Positions 11,437-23,979 of a stretch of 64,000 bases of DNA are shown here, in pieces. The notes beneath the pieces are model-generated. The model saw only the letters and a program-made list of their open reading frames with translations. It had not been told where the DNA came from and did not search any database. Position numbers and translations under genes: made by a program. Each line of letters starts with the position of its first letter. The stretch's first letter is position 1. Origin of the DNA: Macrostomum lignano. Taxonomy: Eukaryota. The DNA lies in the NCBI GenBank assembly GCA_002269645.1, contig NIVC01001853.1, forward strand, positions 62,001 to 126,000, given 5' to 3'.

Positions 11437-12530
11437 CCTGCATCTCTCCCCTCCATCTCTCCCCTCCACCTCTCCCCTCCATCTCTCCCCTCCACCTCTC
11501 CCCTTCATCTCTCCCCTCTATCTCTCCCCTCCATCTCTCCCCTCCACCTCTCCCCTCCACCTCTCCCCTCCATGTCTCCCCTCCAACTCTCCCCTCTATC
11601 TCTCCCCTCCATCTCTCCCCTCCACCTCTCCCCTCCACCTCTCCCCTCCATCTCTCCCCTCCATCTCTCCCCTCCATCTCTCCCCTCCATCTCTCCCCTC
11701 CATCTCTCCCCTCCACCTCTCCCCTCCATCTCTCCCCTCCACCTCTCCCCTCCATCTCTCCCCTCCATCTCTCCCCTTCATCTCTCCCCTCCACCTCTCC
11801 CCTCTATCTCTCCCCTCCATCTCTCCCCTCCACCTCTCCCCTCCATCTCTCCCCTCTATCTCTCCCCTCCACCTCTCCCCTCTATCTCTCCCCTCCATCT
11901 CTCCCCTCCACCTCTCCCCTCCATCTCTCCCCTCCATCTCTCCCCTCCACCTCTCCCCTCTATCTCTCCCCTCCATCTCTCCCCTCTACCTCTCCCCTCC
12001 ATCTCTCCCCTCCATCTCTCCCCTCCACCTCTCCCCTCCATCTCTCCCCTCCACCTCTCACCTTCATCTCTCCCCTCCACCTCTCCCCTTCATCTCTCCC
12101 CTCCATCTCTCCCCTCTACCTCTCCCCTTCATCTCTCCCCTCTATCTCTCCCCTCCACCTCTCCCCTCCATCTCTCCCCTCCACCTCTCCCCTCCATCTC
12201 TCCCCTCTATCTCTCCCCTCCACCTCTCCCCTCTATCTCTCCCCTCCATCTCTCCCCTCCACCTCTCCCCTCCATCTCTCCCCTCCATCTCTCCCCTCCA
12301 CCTCTCCCCTCTATCTCTCCCCTCCATCTCTCCCCTCCATCTCTCCCCTCCACCTCTCACCTTCATCTCTCCCCTCCACCTCTCCCCTCTATCTCTCCCC
12401 TCCATCTCTCCCCTCCACCTCTCCCCTCTATCTCTCCCCTCCATCTCTCCACTGCATCTCTCCTCTCTATTCCATTCCTTCTTTTCTCTCTTCATTCTCT
12501 TTTTCAATCTCTCCTCTGCATCTCTCTCAT
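11437..12530. repeat. 13-bp CT-rich minisatellite (CTCCCCTCCATCT)n
   Basis: Visible tandem unit. Confidence 0.95.
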
Positions 12531-12574
12531 ACAATACCCTCCCATCTCACAGAATGAAGCCCTATCTGTCTCAC

Positions 12575-12734
12575 CTGCAGCCTCCTGTTCTCATCCTCCA
12601 GCAGTTGCATTTGTTGTCGCGCCGCTGCAGTCGCCGCAGCTGCAGCAGTTGCGTAACCGCTGCAACCACCGGCGCTGCTGCGCCTCTGCCGCAGGGTGCC
12701 AGCGTAGGCGGCAATCAAAGCGTGCTCATCGTCA
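12575..12734 (-). CDS. DMD: Dystrophin exon (second syntrophin-binding motif, coiled coil 1)
   Basis: ttcag|T GAC GAT GAG CAC: DDEHALIAAYAGTL...LLEDENRRLQ|gtgag. Phase 2->0. Confidence 0.9.
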
Positions 12735-13397
12735 CTGAAATTACAGGTGCAATATGAGCAGTTGCATCTGCAGCAACAGCAAGTACATTGTTGTTGTTGT
12801 CTTCCTTGCTGTGAGCTTACTGTAGCGTATGTATTAAAACAAGTACAATCAATTTTGCAAGTACAATAATTAGCTAAATAGTAATTGTAGATGCATGATG
12901 AGCAGTTATAAACTTTAGCTGACTCCATTTTTGATTCTATAGTCTTCTGTGCAATAAAAACGCTACTAGTTATTTTATATTCAAATGAGAAGTACATTGT
13001 GCAAAGTTTTTCTTGCCCAACTTTCTGATTGGTTCGTATCAGAAAATGAGGGAACGCCAGAAAGCATTAGTCTCTGCGCACAGTATATTCAAAAAGCCAG
13101 TTCAAAAAGTGTCTTTTCGATACATATCGGCAAGAATTAAATTGCATTTGCTAGTAGGAGCTCAAATAATTTTTTTGACACTATTATACGACTAAATTAT
13201 TTAATCGAATAGCAGGGGAAATCTGACTAAAATTTCGCTTTTCCCATTTAGATTTTTCCGCTTTATAATCTTCTTTTTCGATACATATCGACAGAAACTT
13301 AAAACTTCATTTAGTTAGTTAAAAACCGAGTAAGTTCTTCATCAATCAAATTACAGTACTTAAACTGATAGCTAGAAATTTTCTGCACCTCTGAATT

Positions 13398-14790
13398 TCT
13401 CCCCTGCATCTCTCCCCTACATCTCTCCCCTGCATCTCTCCCCTGCATCTCTCCCCTACATCTCTCCTCCATCTCTCCCTGCATCTCTCCCCTGCATCTC
13501 TCCCCTACATCTCTCCCCTGCATCTTTCCCCTGCATCTCTCCCCTGCATCTCTCCCCTACATCTCTCCTCCATCTCTCCCCTGCATCTCTCCCCTGCATC
13601 TCTCCCCTGCATCTCTCCCCTACATCTCCCCCCTGCATCTCTCCCCTACATCTCTCCCCTACATCTCTCCCCTCCATCTCTCCCCTGCATCTCTCCCCTG
13701 CATCTCTCCCCTACATCTCTCCTCCATCTCTCCCCTGCATCTCTCCCCTGCATCTCTCCCCTACATCTCTCCCCTGCATCTCTCCCCTACATCTCTCCCC
13801 TGCATCTCTCCCCTACATCTCCCCCCTGCATCTCTCCCCTACATCTCTCCCCACAGCTCTCCCCTACATCTCTTCCCTAATCTAGCTCTCCCCTACATCT
13901 CTCCCCTGCATCTCTCCCCTATAAATCTCTCCCCTGCATCTCTCCCCTGCATCTCTCCCCTGCATCTCTCCCCTGCATCTCTCCCCTGCATCTCTCCCCT
14001 GCATCTCTCCCCTGCATCTCTCCCCTGCATCTCTCCCCTACAGCTCTCCTCCATCTTTCCCCTGCATCTCTCCCCTATCACCTGCATCTCTCCCCTGCAT
14101 CTCTCCCCTACATCTCTCCCCTACATCTCTTCCCTAATCTAGCTCTCCCCTACATCTCTCCCCTGCATCTCTCCCCTATAAATCTCTCCCCTGCATCTCT
14201 CCCCTGCATCCCTCCCCTGCATCTCTCCCCTGCATCTCTCCCCTACAGCTCTCCTCCATCTTTCCCCTGCATCTCTCCCCTATCACCTGCATCTCTCCCC
14301 TGCATCTCTCCCCTACATCTCTCCCCTACATCTCTTCCCTAATCTAGCTCTCCCCTACATCTCTCACCTCCATCTCTCCCATTTATCTCTCCCCTGCATC
14401 TCTCCCCTGCATCTCTCCCCTGCATCTCTCCCCTACATCTCTCCCCTGCATCTCTCCCCTACATCTCTCCTCCATCTCTCCCCTGCATCTCTCCCCTACA
14501 TCTCTCCCCTGCATCTCTCCCCTATATCTCTCCCCTGCATCTCTCCCCTGCATCTCTCCCCTACAGCTCTCCTCCATCTTTCCCCTGCATCTCTCTCCTA
14601 TCACCTGCATCTCTCCCCTGCATCTCTCCCCTACATCTCTCCCCTACATCTCTTCCCTAATCTAGCTCTCCCCTACATCTCTCCCCTCCATCTCTCCCAT
14701 TTATCTCTCCCTTGCATCTCTCCCCTCGCCTACCCTCCAGCTCTAACCTCCATCTCTACTCTCCATCTCTCCCTACATCTCGATCTCCCC
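13398..14790. repeat. 13-bp CT-rich minisatellite (CTCCCCTGCATCT)n with higher-order blocks
   Basis: Visible unit; the marker CCCTAATCTAGCT recurs at ~13876, 14134, 14338 and 14656. Confidence 0.93.
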
Positions 14791-14832
14791 CCTCATCTAT
14801 ACAAACTTATTTTTCGATACATATCGGCTTAC

Positions 14833-14871
14833 GCGTCGTTACTCGCAGACGACGGTGGCGGTGGCGGCCGG

Positions 14872-14903
<32 letters not shown>

Positions 14904-15443
14904 GACCTCCGCCAGACGAGTGGCATAGGCCTCCACCCGGCTGTGCACATCTCGCCCAGCTGTCTGCGCCGCTGTGCCACTCGTAGCTTCAATGGCCTGA
15001 CCCTCTCGGACTGTCTGCACGGGTAAGTAGCCCAGCTTGGCGGGACTCGAACCCGGGCCCGACGATGCGCCGCTGCTGCCAGCGGATGCGCTGCTGCCGC
15101 CGCCGCCAAACCGAAACTTGTTGCGCAAAGTTCGACTGAGACTGCGAAGGCTGTCACCGCTACCGGGAGCTCTGACGTACTCCTGCATGGGGTGGCTGGC
15201 CTTGTGGTGCCTGGCGGTTCTGCCGGCGAAGAAGCACTCCTGGCAGAGGTTCAGATTGAAGCATTTCAGGCATTTGTAACGAAGGCCTCGCATTGGTAGG
15301 CACTTGCAGCTAGAGCAGCGGATGGGGTGAACAGAATGCTCTGAGCACGTGAGCCGGTGCAGCACGGGGAGCCAGACGAGAGACTGCGGCTCCAGGCGTA
15401 ACCAAGCGAGAAAATGCGACATTCTGATGCCCACGCCATCAAC
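14833..15443 (-). CDS. DMD: Dystrophin exon (EF2 end, ZZ zinc finger, first syntrophin-binding motif)
   Basis: FLAWLRLEPQSLVWLPVLHRL...CSSCKCLPMRGLRYKCLKCFNLNLCQECFF...GYLPVQTV...HSRVEAYATRLAEVE. ttttag|GTT acceptor and GC|gtaagc donor. Phase 0->2. Confidence 0.95.
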
Positions 15444-16071
15444 CTAAAATCAAAGGAAAGTTTTTTAGTTAGTGTAAGTAGAGTAAGCAACATTTTATGC
15501 TTAAATTTGTAGAATTTAGAAAAATTTCCAATGTATTGGCGGTACTTTAACTTTTTTATGCTCTAATTTAGCTTTACCATCAAAAAAACTTTTCGTTAGT
15601 TTGAGTTCTACTAGTGATTTTATTATTTCATCTCAATTACTAATTATGTATTCCTTGATGGCTTGAATCCGAAATCAGACATTGTAATATTCGACCCGAT
15701 ATGTATCGAAGTTAATGTAAGCAAGCGATATTTTTAGTAGAGACGAAGTAAGTTATTATAAACTAATTTAAAAAAAAAGAATAATAAATTAAACAGAAAA
15801 TTAAAAATCTTGAACTGCATGCTGCATAATTTCAGTCTTATATTACTTGACTTGACAACTCTTGTCTTAGTATTGACTTTAGTTTCGTTGCTATCACTAT
15901 CATCAGCGTGACTGCAACATTGAGCATCACCTTAATTCCCAACTTAATTGAACATATTAAAATTATATAAGTAGTTTAGGTTCTTTTCAAAAGAGTCTAT
16001 TCACTATTTACATTGCATTTCTGCTCTGTGTTGATTTACATTATCATATTTACATTATAACAAAAACGATT

Positions 16072-16153
16072 CGTCGCGAGCAGGATTCGAACCTGCGAGG
16101 GAATATCCCATTGGATTTCAAGTCCAACGCCTTAACCACTCGGCCATCGCGAC
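16072..16153 (-). tRNA. tRNA-Ser (anticodon UGA)
   Basis: GTCGCGATGGCCGAGTGGTTAAGGCGTTGGACTTGAAATCCAATGGGATATTCCCTCGCAGGTTCGAATCCTGCTCGCGACG: 82 nt with acceptor stem, A and B boxes, long variable arm, G discriminator and a TTTTT terminator ~5 nt downstream. Confidence 0.95.
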
Positions 16154-16554
16154 CCGCTGGAGAGAGTAGAATTTGTCTATTTTGTATTCTACTCTGGGGG
16201 GTTGCTAGAAAAGTTAAGCAGAAGCCAACACCATGCACATTGCTTGCTTTCGTTATTACAAATATTGTGCATGAAGGTGAAGTTTTAATATGAAAGAATG
16301 AATCTAGCATGTCCTTAAAATAATTCTATTGCAATTAGTTCGATTATAAATTACATAATACTACTCACAAATAACCCTATCTTGCGTATCTCCGACTCAA
16401 ATTGATTTGTTAATTCGTCCTTCTTCGTAGATCGCGAAAACTTTTTGGACTGATTTACAACCAGCTGGGACATGGCTATCGCCTAATTAATAGTAAGAGA
16501 GATTGAAAGAGCTCAATATTAATTGATAATGAGTCGACTCGATGTTATAATATA

Positions 16555-17165
16555 TCCAAAATGAGAGTGTCTGGGGCGCCAAAATGGGAGTGTCTATAGC
16601 GCCAAAATGGGAGTGTCTGCGGCGCCAAAATGGGAGTGTCTATAGCGCCAAAATGGGAGTGTCTGCAGCGCCAAAATGAGAGTGTCTATGGCGCCAAAAT
16701 GGGAGTGTCTGCGGCGCCAAAATGGGAGTGTCTATGGCGCCAAAATGGGAGTGTCTGCGGCGCCAAAATGGGAGTGTCTATAGCGCCAAAATGGGAGTGT
16801 CTATGGCGCCAAAATGGGAGTGTCTATAGCGCCAAAATGGGAGTGTCTATGACGCCAAAATGGGAGTGTCTATGGCGCCAAACTGGGAGTGTCTATGGCG
16901 CCAAAATGGGAGTGTCTATAGCGCCAAAATGGGAGTGTCTATGACGCCAAAATGGGAGTGTCTATGGCGCCAAACTGGGAGTGTCTATAGCGTCAAAATG
17001 GGAGTGTCTATAGCGCCAAAATGGGAGTGTCTATAGCGCCAAAATGGGAGTGTCTATGGCGCCAAAATGGGAGTGTCTATAGCGCCAAAATGGGAGTGTC
17101 TATGACGCCAAAATGGGAGTGTCTATGGCGCCAAACTGGGAGTGTCTGCGGCGCCAAAATGAGAG
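16555..17165. repeat. 23-bp minisatellite (AAAATGGGAGTGTCTATAGCGCC)n
   Basis: Visible tandem unit. Confidence 0.95.
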
Positions 17166-18312
17166 TCTCTGCACGATTCAAGTGCCGAAAATCCCGACTT
17201 TAACCATAATACTCGACCTTAATATACTGTCAGGGTGTATACAATGTAGTCTAGTACGTCATACGTACTTTAACAGTGTTAGAATGATCGGGTGTATTGA
17301 GGTCAAGCCTATATGTTGCATCATTTGGGTTTTTACTGACCTCTCAGTCGACGCACTGCACGCGCCTCTAAAAAGCGATCAGGCGTACTACATGTACATG
17401 TAAAGGCCGATTGTGCATATTTGCATCCGATAACAAGATGCGGTGCAGATGCCAACCCATCAGTTACCAGTAGCTAGTCAGAGGGCGCGTCCTTATTCTC
17501 GTAGAAGCCAGCTAGAATAGAATAAATAAACCATATGGTTGAAAATTCTCGGCCTGCAAAGCCCTGGGACTATATGTAATAACTGCTAATTCTGGCTATC
17601 AACAGAATGCATTAACCATTGAAAGCGCTAGCTCTATCTGTGTGCGCATTTTCGGCTACACATCAATGTATCCATCGAATTGTGGGAAAGCTGGCAGCAG
17701 GATGATGCGAAAATCCCCCATCCTTCGACCCAGAATCCTACGAAAATACGGCGGCCCCCCAATTCCTCCAAACCCACGACTTTCGACATCCGCATCATCC
17801 CGCGGCTCCCTGCTGGGTCTTTCTCCAGCAAGCTAGTTTGGGATTCAAAATACAATTAGTTCGAGGCCAGATTCGAGTCATTTGAGACTGGTGGAAGGGG
17901 TGGTTGTCATACAAAAAACGATTAGAAAGTCAGGGCCGATGTACACTCGTATGAGCAGTATTGGCGCGCTGATACATGTGCTCAAGAGTCAGTGGAATGC
18001 GCAGAACTGACATCAGTGTTGCGTGGTTATGGGGACGAAGTCGCCGAAGGCTTTGCAGCCAGGGTGCCCACAGCTTTTTTCACGACTTGAAAAAAGTTCA
18101 CGACATTAGTTATTGTTGTTGTTTGTCAGGGAATGAGAAATGGGATAGAAAATCTTGGAGACTATCCTATCTACTGCTCCTAGCTGGTTTCCTGTGCATC
18201 CACAGGAGCTCAAATTTAAGTGTAAGTGCCTCAATGCAGGTCAGTAGCTTGGGCCACAATGGCTCAGAAAAGACAGAACAATCAAACCGCCAACCTTAAG
18301 CAATCAACGCAC

Positions 18313-19076
18313 CTTTTCGAAGCACGAGCGCACAGACGGTTCAACGTTGCTGCCACCAAAGCTGGCCGCTTCGCCCAGGTGACGCGGCACCTGCATGCAG
18401 TCGTGCAGCAGCAGGCCCAGACGGCGTTGGTCAAGGACACCTCTCTCGTCAGCCACTGACGCAAACAGGTAGCGATACTTGTCTTCCAGACCGGCCGCCG
18501 ACAGCAGCACCAAGCCGACCTTGAAGCTCAGAGCTCTCATCCGGCCGCTGCGCACGTGATCGTACACATTGAGCAGCCAGTTCAGACTCAAATCGATTGT
18601 CTGCGCCTGCAGTGACGCATCCGCGATGCGAGCTCGCGACCTTGCAAACAGGCTGGCCAGGCAGTTACTCATCTGGCCGACGTCGATCAGACACTCGCCG
18701 CCGCCGCTTGGGCCGCCAGTTGAAGCCGAGGCGATGCCGTGGTCGCGGAATACGTCGGCAGCCGAGGTGAGCGACACCAAGTCCAGGTACAGAGTTCGTT
18801 GAAGACGTTTCAATTTTGCCGCAGTGCGATAAGCCGAATAGCGGATGCTGTTCAACTCGGCCAGGCTGCGAGTCAGCTCCGTCATCACCGGATGGTCCCA
18901 GCTGGTCTCTTGCGTGTCCGAGTTGCGGTAGTATGGCACCTGGTTGCCGCTGGGGTGGAGCAGCCGCTGCCACGGCGCTTGGACGCTGTTGGCTACGGCT
19001 GGGTGCGCGAAGCTGGGACCCGGCAGGGGGCTGGGCAGCTGAGGGACAGCCTGACTCGGCTGCTTGTGCGGCTGTG

Positions 19077-19119
<43 letters not shown>

Positions 19120-19575
19120 ATGATACTGTCGCTGCTGCAGCAGAGGCGACACCGGAGCAATCGCCCGAGCTGGCGACTTCTGCGGCTGCAAGGACGGTGA
19201 CGTGCCCGCGGTGAACGAGGCCGACATGGTGCCGCCGGGACGCCGCAGCGAGGCCAGAAGTCGCGCCCTCGCTCGCATCGCCTCGTGCAGATCCCGGTGC
19301 CGGCTGCGCAGGTCGCTGATCTGCGACACCAGCGTGTGCGTCAGCACCACTTTTGAATCGCGGAAGGCCTGCGACTGGCGCTCCAGCGAGGCGACGAGTT
19401 GATCGAGCGGCGCCATGGACTCCTGGAACTGCTCCAGACGGGACAGCTCGCTTGACAGTTGAGCAACTCCCAGGGTGTCTAACTGGGGCAACGCTTCCAG
19501 CTCGCTTTCGGCTGCCAGCAGGCGATGACTGGTCTGACGGAGCAGCTCCTCGAATGCTGACAGGCTGCGCGTGAC
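18313..19575 (-). CDS. DMD: Dystrophin exon (last spectrin repeat, hinge, WW domain, EF-hand region)
   Basis: VQAPWQR...VPYYRNSDTQETSWDHPVMTEL..SLAELNSIRYSAYRTAAKLKRLQ...NWLLNVYD..RSGRMRALSFKVGL...LEDKYRYLF...GSNVEPSVRSCF. 1263 nt, phase 0->0. Confidence 0.96.
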
Positions 19576-19859
19576 CTGACAGGTACAGGTAAATTAAAAA
19601 GCTTTTTAATTTTCATTAATTTTTATTTAATTTTAATTCTACTTTGAATAGTTTCAGGACACTAATAATTCTCATAAAAAAATAATAGAAATAGCACTCC
19701 AACACACGACGAGCCTTCAACTGCTGCAGATTTGAACGATGAGACATCAGCGAAGCATGCGGGTGACGATTTTTCTTTGTAAGTGTCTTACAGATGCATC
19801 GAACTTAACGATACTAAAGCATGATCCTAAGGCCCCAATTGCCTCAAATCAAACACACT

Positions 19860-20378
19860 ATAGTATGACTTCAGATCTCACCATATTATGGCCTCTAATC
19901 ACGGTGATTACCACAGTGAGGCTTCTAATCACACCACAGTGAGGCCTCTAATCACACCATAGTGAGGCCTCTAATCACACCATATTGTGGCCTCTAATCA
20001 CACCATATTGTGGCCTCTAATCAGACCATAGTGTGGAATCTAATCACACCATAGTATGACCTCTAATCAGACCATAGTGTGGAATCTAATCACACCATAG
20101 TATGACCTCTAATCACACCATAGTATAACATCTAATCACACCATAGTATAACATCTAATCACACCATAGTATAACATCTAATCACACCATAGTATAACAT
20201 CTAATCACACCATAGTATAACATCTAATCACACCATAGTATAACATCTAATCACACCATAAAGTATAACATCTAATCACACCATAGTATAACATCTAATC
20301 ACACCATAGTATAACATCTAATCACACCATAGTATAACATCTAATCACACTATAGTATAACATCTAATCACACCAAAG
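19860..20378. repeat. 23-bp minisatellite (CTAATCACACCATAGTATAACAT)n
   Basis: Visible unit with a sequence gradient along the array. Confidence 0.93.
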
Positions 20379-20391
20379 TGTGGCCACCAAC

Positions 20392-21057
20392 CTGCTGCAG
20401 CTTCTCCTGGTACTCTCTGACTCGCAAGTTCAACTCCAGCCATCGCCGTTTCAGTTGATGCAAATTCCTTCGAATCCGTCGCGTCAATCGCAGATTTTTC
20501 TGCTGCGGCTGCTGCTGGTCTTCGCCTTCGCCTCCGGCATCCTCGGATTCGGCTCCGGACTCGTGCCCGCTCTGACTCATCGCACTGGCTGGCCGCGGGA
20601 GTTGCTGCTGCTGCTGCTGCTGCTGCCCACCTGCGAAGTCTTGCTGACCGAAGTAGCTCTCACCCTGCTCCAGGGCCTGCTCAACTTCGATACGACGCGA
20701 CTGCAACTCGCCGACAAGAGTCTCGTGCTCGCTGATCTGCTGACGTAGCGAGGCGCTGTCGCCACCCAGCAGGAGCTGTCGCTGACGAAGTCCAGCGTCT
20801 CGACTGGCGAGCCAATCGTTGAGACTCTTCAGCCTGGCCAGCATGCCCTGCCAGGCGGTGTCCTCCTGGCGACGAATCCGGCTGCGCAGTTCCGCCGCCT
20901 GCTCGCCGAGCCGTCGCCAGCGCTGGTTGACATTGTCCAGCCGAGCTCGGAGTCGAGCTCGAGGATCCGAACTGGTGCCGCCGCAGGACACGTTGGCGTA
21001 GCGATGCGACAGGATCTCCAGTTCGGCGGAGTGCAGCAAACTCTCGGCGTCGAGGTC
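20392..21057 (-). CDS. DMD: Dystrophin exon (late spectrin repeats)
   Basis: cccag|GAC acceptor and CAG|gttggt donor. LDNVNQRWRRL...WQGMLARLKSLNDWL...LLGGDSASLRQQISEHETLVGEL...LKRRWLELN. 666 nt, phase 0->0. Confidence 0.9.
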
Positions 21058-21204
21058 CTGGGAGGTGGGAGACCAACTAGTTTTGTGAGCTGGAGTTTGA
21101 GGCTTTATATGTGCATGGGAGTATATCAAGGCAGCCTCTCTATCCATCCGGCCATCAGGTCCTTTGAAACTTCAGAATAGCAATCCGGCCTGCTCAATAA
21201 TTAT

Positions 21205-21840
21205 GTCTCTTCTTAACTCTTCTCTCTCTCCCCTCTTCTCTCCCCTCTTCTGTCTCCCATCTTCTCTCTCCCATCTTCTCTCTCCCATCTTCTATCTCCC
21301 ATCTTCTCTCTCCCATCTTCTCTCTCCCATCTTCTCTCTCCCCTCTTCTCTCCCCTCTTCTGTCTCCCATCTTCTCTCTCCCATCTTCTCTCTCCCCTCT
21401 TCTCTCCCCCTCTTCTCTCTCACGTCTCTTCTCTCTCCCATCTTCTCTCTCCCATCTTCTATTTCCCCTCTTCTATCTCCCCTCTTCTCTCTTACGTCTC
21501 TTCTCTCTCCTCTTCTTGCTCCCTTCTCTCCCTCTACTCTCTTCCCTCTTCCCTCTTCTCTCTCCCGTCTATTCCCTCTACTCTCGCTCCCTTTCTCCCT
21601 CTCCTCTCTCCTCTCTTCTCTCTCCTCTCTTCTCTCTCCTCTCTTCTCTCTCCCCTCTTCTCTCTCCTCTCTTCTCTCTCCCATCTCTTCTCTCCCCTCT
21701 TCACTTCCCTAGTTCCCGTCATATATTCCATTGCTCCCCTCTTATCTTATCTTATCTTCTCTCATTCCATTTCTTGCTTCTCCTCTCCTGTCTCATCTCT
21801 CATCTTCTACCTCTCTTCCCTACTTCTTTATCTTGTCTAT
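21205..21840. repeat. CT-rich low-complexity tract
   Basis: Degenerate CTCTTCT/CCATCTTCT units. Confidence 0.9.
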
Positions 21841-22617
21841 GATGTAAAGTTAGCCGCCCACACGTTCGGAGCACACGTTCTACCAACTCTTATCGGGGAG
21901 AGACATTCGCTCGGGGAATATATTGATATTTACTCAAGAAGTTGTGGATTTTACTGTCAATCTCCTGTCATGTCGTGTCATCAACCAAGAGAGTTCAGAA
22001 GCATTTCGTTGCAACTTTTGGAAGATTTTTTTACAAAGCAACAACGCAACGCAAGCAGATCATTATTAAGCTTCCCAGTAGTTGCCAAGGCAGTTTTTTC
22101 AATTCGATGCTTTAGGATTTCACTTCAGTAGCATTCAACATCCATCATTCGTGTGGTTTGGCCTCCCTCGATAAAGAAAGATTCGAAGCGTGAAAATCTG
22201 AATGACATTAAAGCGACTTATCGCATACTTTCTCGGAATAAAAGTGCGTAGTCACTCTCTCGCTTGGCGGGCGGAAGTTTTAAAAGCATATTATGGTGGC
22301 ACTGTATACTCGTAGGTACGCGACTGCATGGGGTTCAAACGAGGTCAGTGCAGATCTTTCACCCAGAGCTCGCCTTTCTGGACATGCTTTGCAAATATTT
22401 CTGATTCCAAATCTGCAGTATAGGATTGATCGGTGCAAAAGGGAAGAGAAGGCCCCAAGGGGACATTGATCTGACAAGAGGATCAACTACAGCGATGGAA
22501 AGAAGATCTGGGATTCTGGTGCTCTCTCTTTCTCAAATTTTATAGTTCACTCTGTTAGTTTTATAGTTTTAGTTTTAGTTTTAAAGTGCATAAACACTGG
22601 TTACATGTAGTGTCTGT

Positions 22618-22892
<275 letters not shown>

Positions 22893-22926
22893 TCTGTCAA
22901 CCCCCCACACTCAGAAAAGTACCTAC

Positions 22927-23044
22927 GGTTTCAAACGAGATGAGCAGGCTGTGCAGACAGAGGCTGATGTCCAGCATCTCCTCGCATGCATTTATCTGCC
23001 ACTTGTTGGCCAGAGGCGGTCTTTGTTCCCGTGCGGCAGCCACT
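22927..23044 (-). CDS. Possible small (cassette?) dystrophin exon
   Basis: Open frame VAAAREQRPPLANKWQINACEEMLDISLCLHSLLISFET with ACC|gtaggt donor (phase 0). The best acceptor gives phase 2, which does not match the phase-0 donor at 28567. Confidence 0.3.
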
Positions 23045-23979
23045 CTGCTTTTTTCCGAATTATTTTATTAATAAACTATAATTTATAAATAATTTAACTG
23101 ATGTAACTTTGTATTTATTTATTGCTATAAATTAAAGCTAAAAAAACTATAATTTAGCCTAACGGAATGCTTCGAAGTAAGATGCTAATTTTAGTGCCGG
23201 TGTAGAACTCGCGACCTTCCAACTCCATCGGATGCGACGAGTCTTCAATTGATTGTCTACTGTTGCGAACAGCATTTTTTGTCCGTAGAGAAGCCCTTTC
23301 TCTTATCCAGAGCTGGCAAACTGCTGGCGGGAATCTAATCCATCAAGCCATTTAGTTTTGTGTTGAAAGTCCGCTTACTGTCCTGGTTAGGCAGTGGGCG
23401 GCACTCTCCCAACTAGGCCTAGCTATATGTATATCCAAGCACCGAGACAGGGACGGAAAATGGGTCTGGATGGCGAACCCCAGGCCTCCCGTGTTGACCG
23501 TGTCTTTCCCACCAGTCCTATAACTGATCTCTCCTCCCCTCTCTCCCCTCCCCTCTCTCCCCGTCGTCTCTCTCTCTCATTCGCTCTCACCTCTTCTCCA
23601 GCTAAGGAGAAAATCGATGTTGGCAGTTGCTATGGCAGACTGAAAAAAAAGTTCATATCCCCTATTCACAATATCCTCCAAGCTTAAGGCCTGTTTCATC
23701 TCTGGACTTTAATTATAGTACAGTGCATGTGCGAGCATCTTAGGGTATAAGCATAGCAACGAAGTTTTTATCAGCTGTCTTTGATATTTGACAGAGATTT
23801 CCTGCATGATTTGGTTTGCTTTGTAGTAGGCAAGCAATTTAGGGTAGCTGGTCTGGGCTGCAAAGCACTGCATCTGGTGAGTACTCAGCCTTAGGATTGC
23901 TGCTGATGCACCGCTGCCTGCGCACCTGGCCACTTACAGTTGAGGAGGAGAGAGCGGATGAGAGTGAAGGAAATAACAA

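Noticed and set aside
21900-22260. Possible hAT dimerisation-domain remnant
   Set aside because: Needs several frameshifts and has no TIR or TSD evidence.
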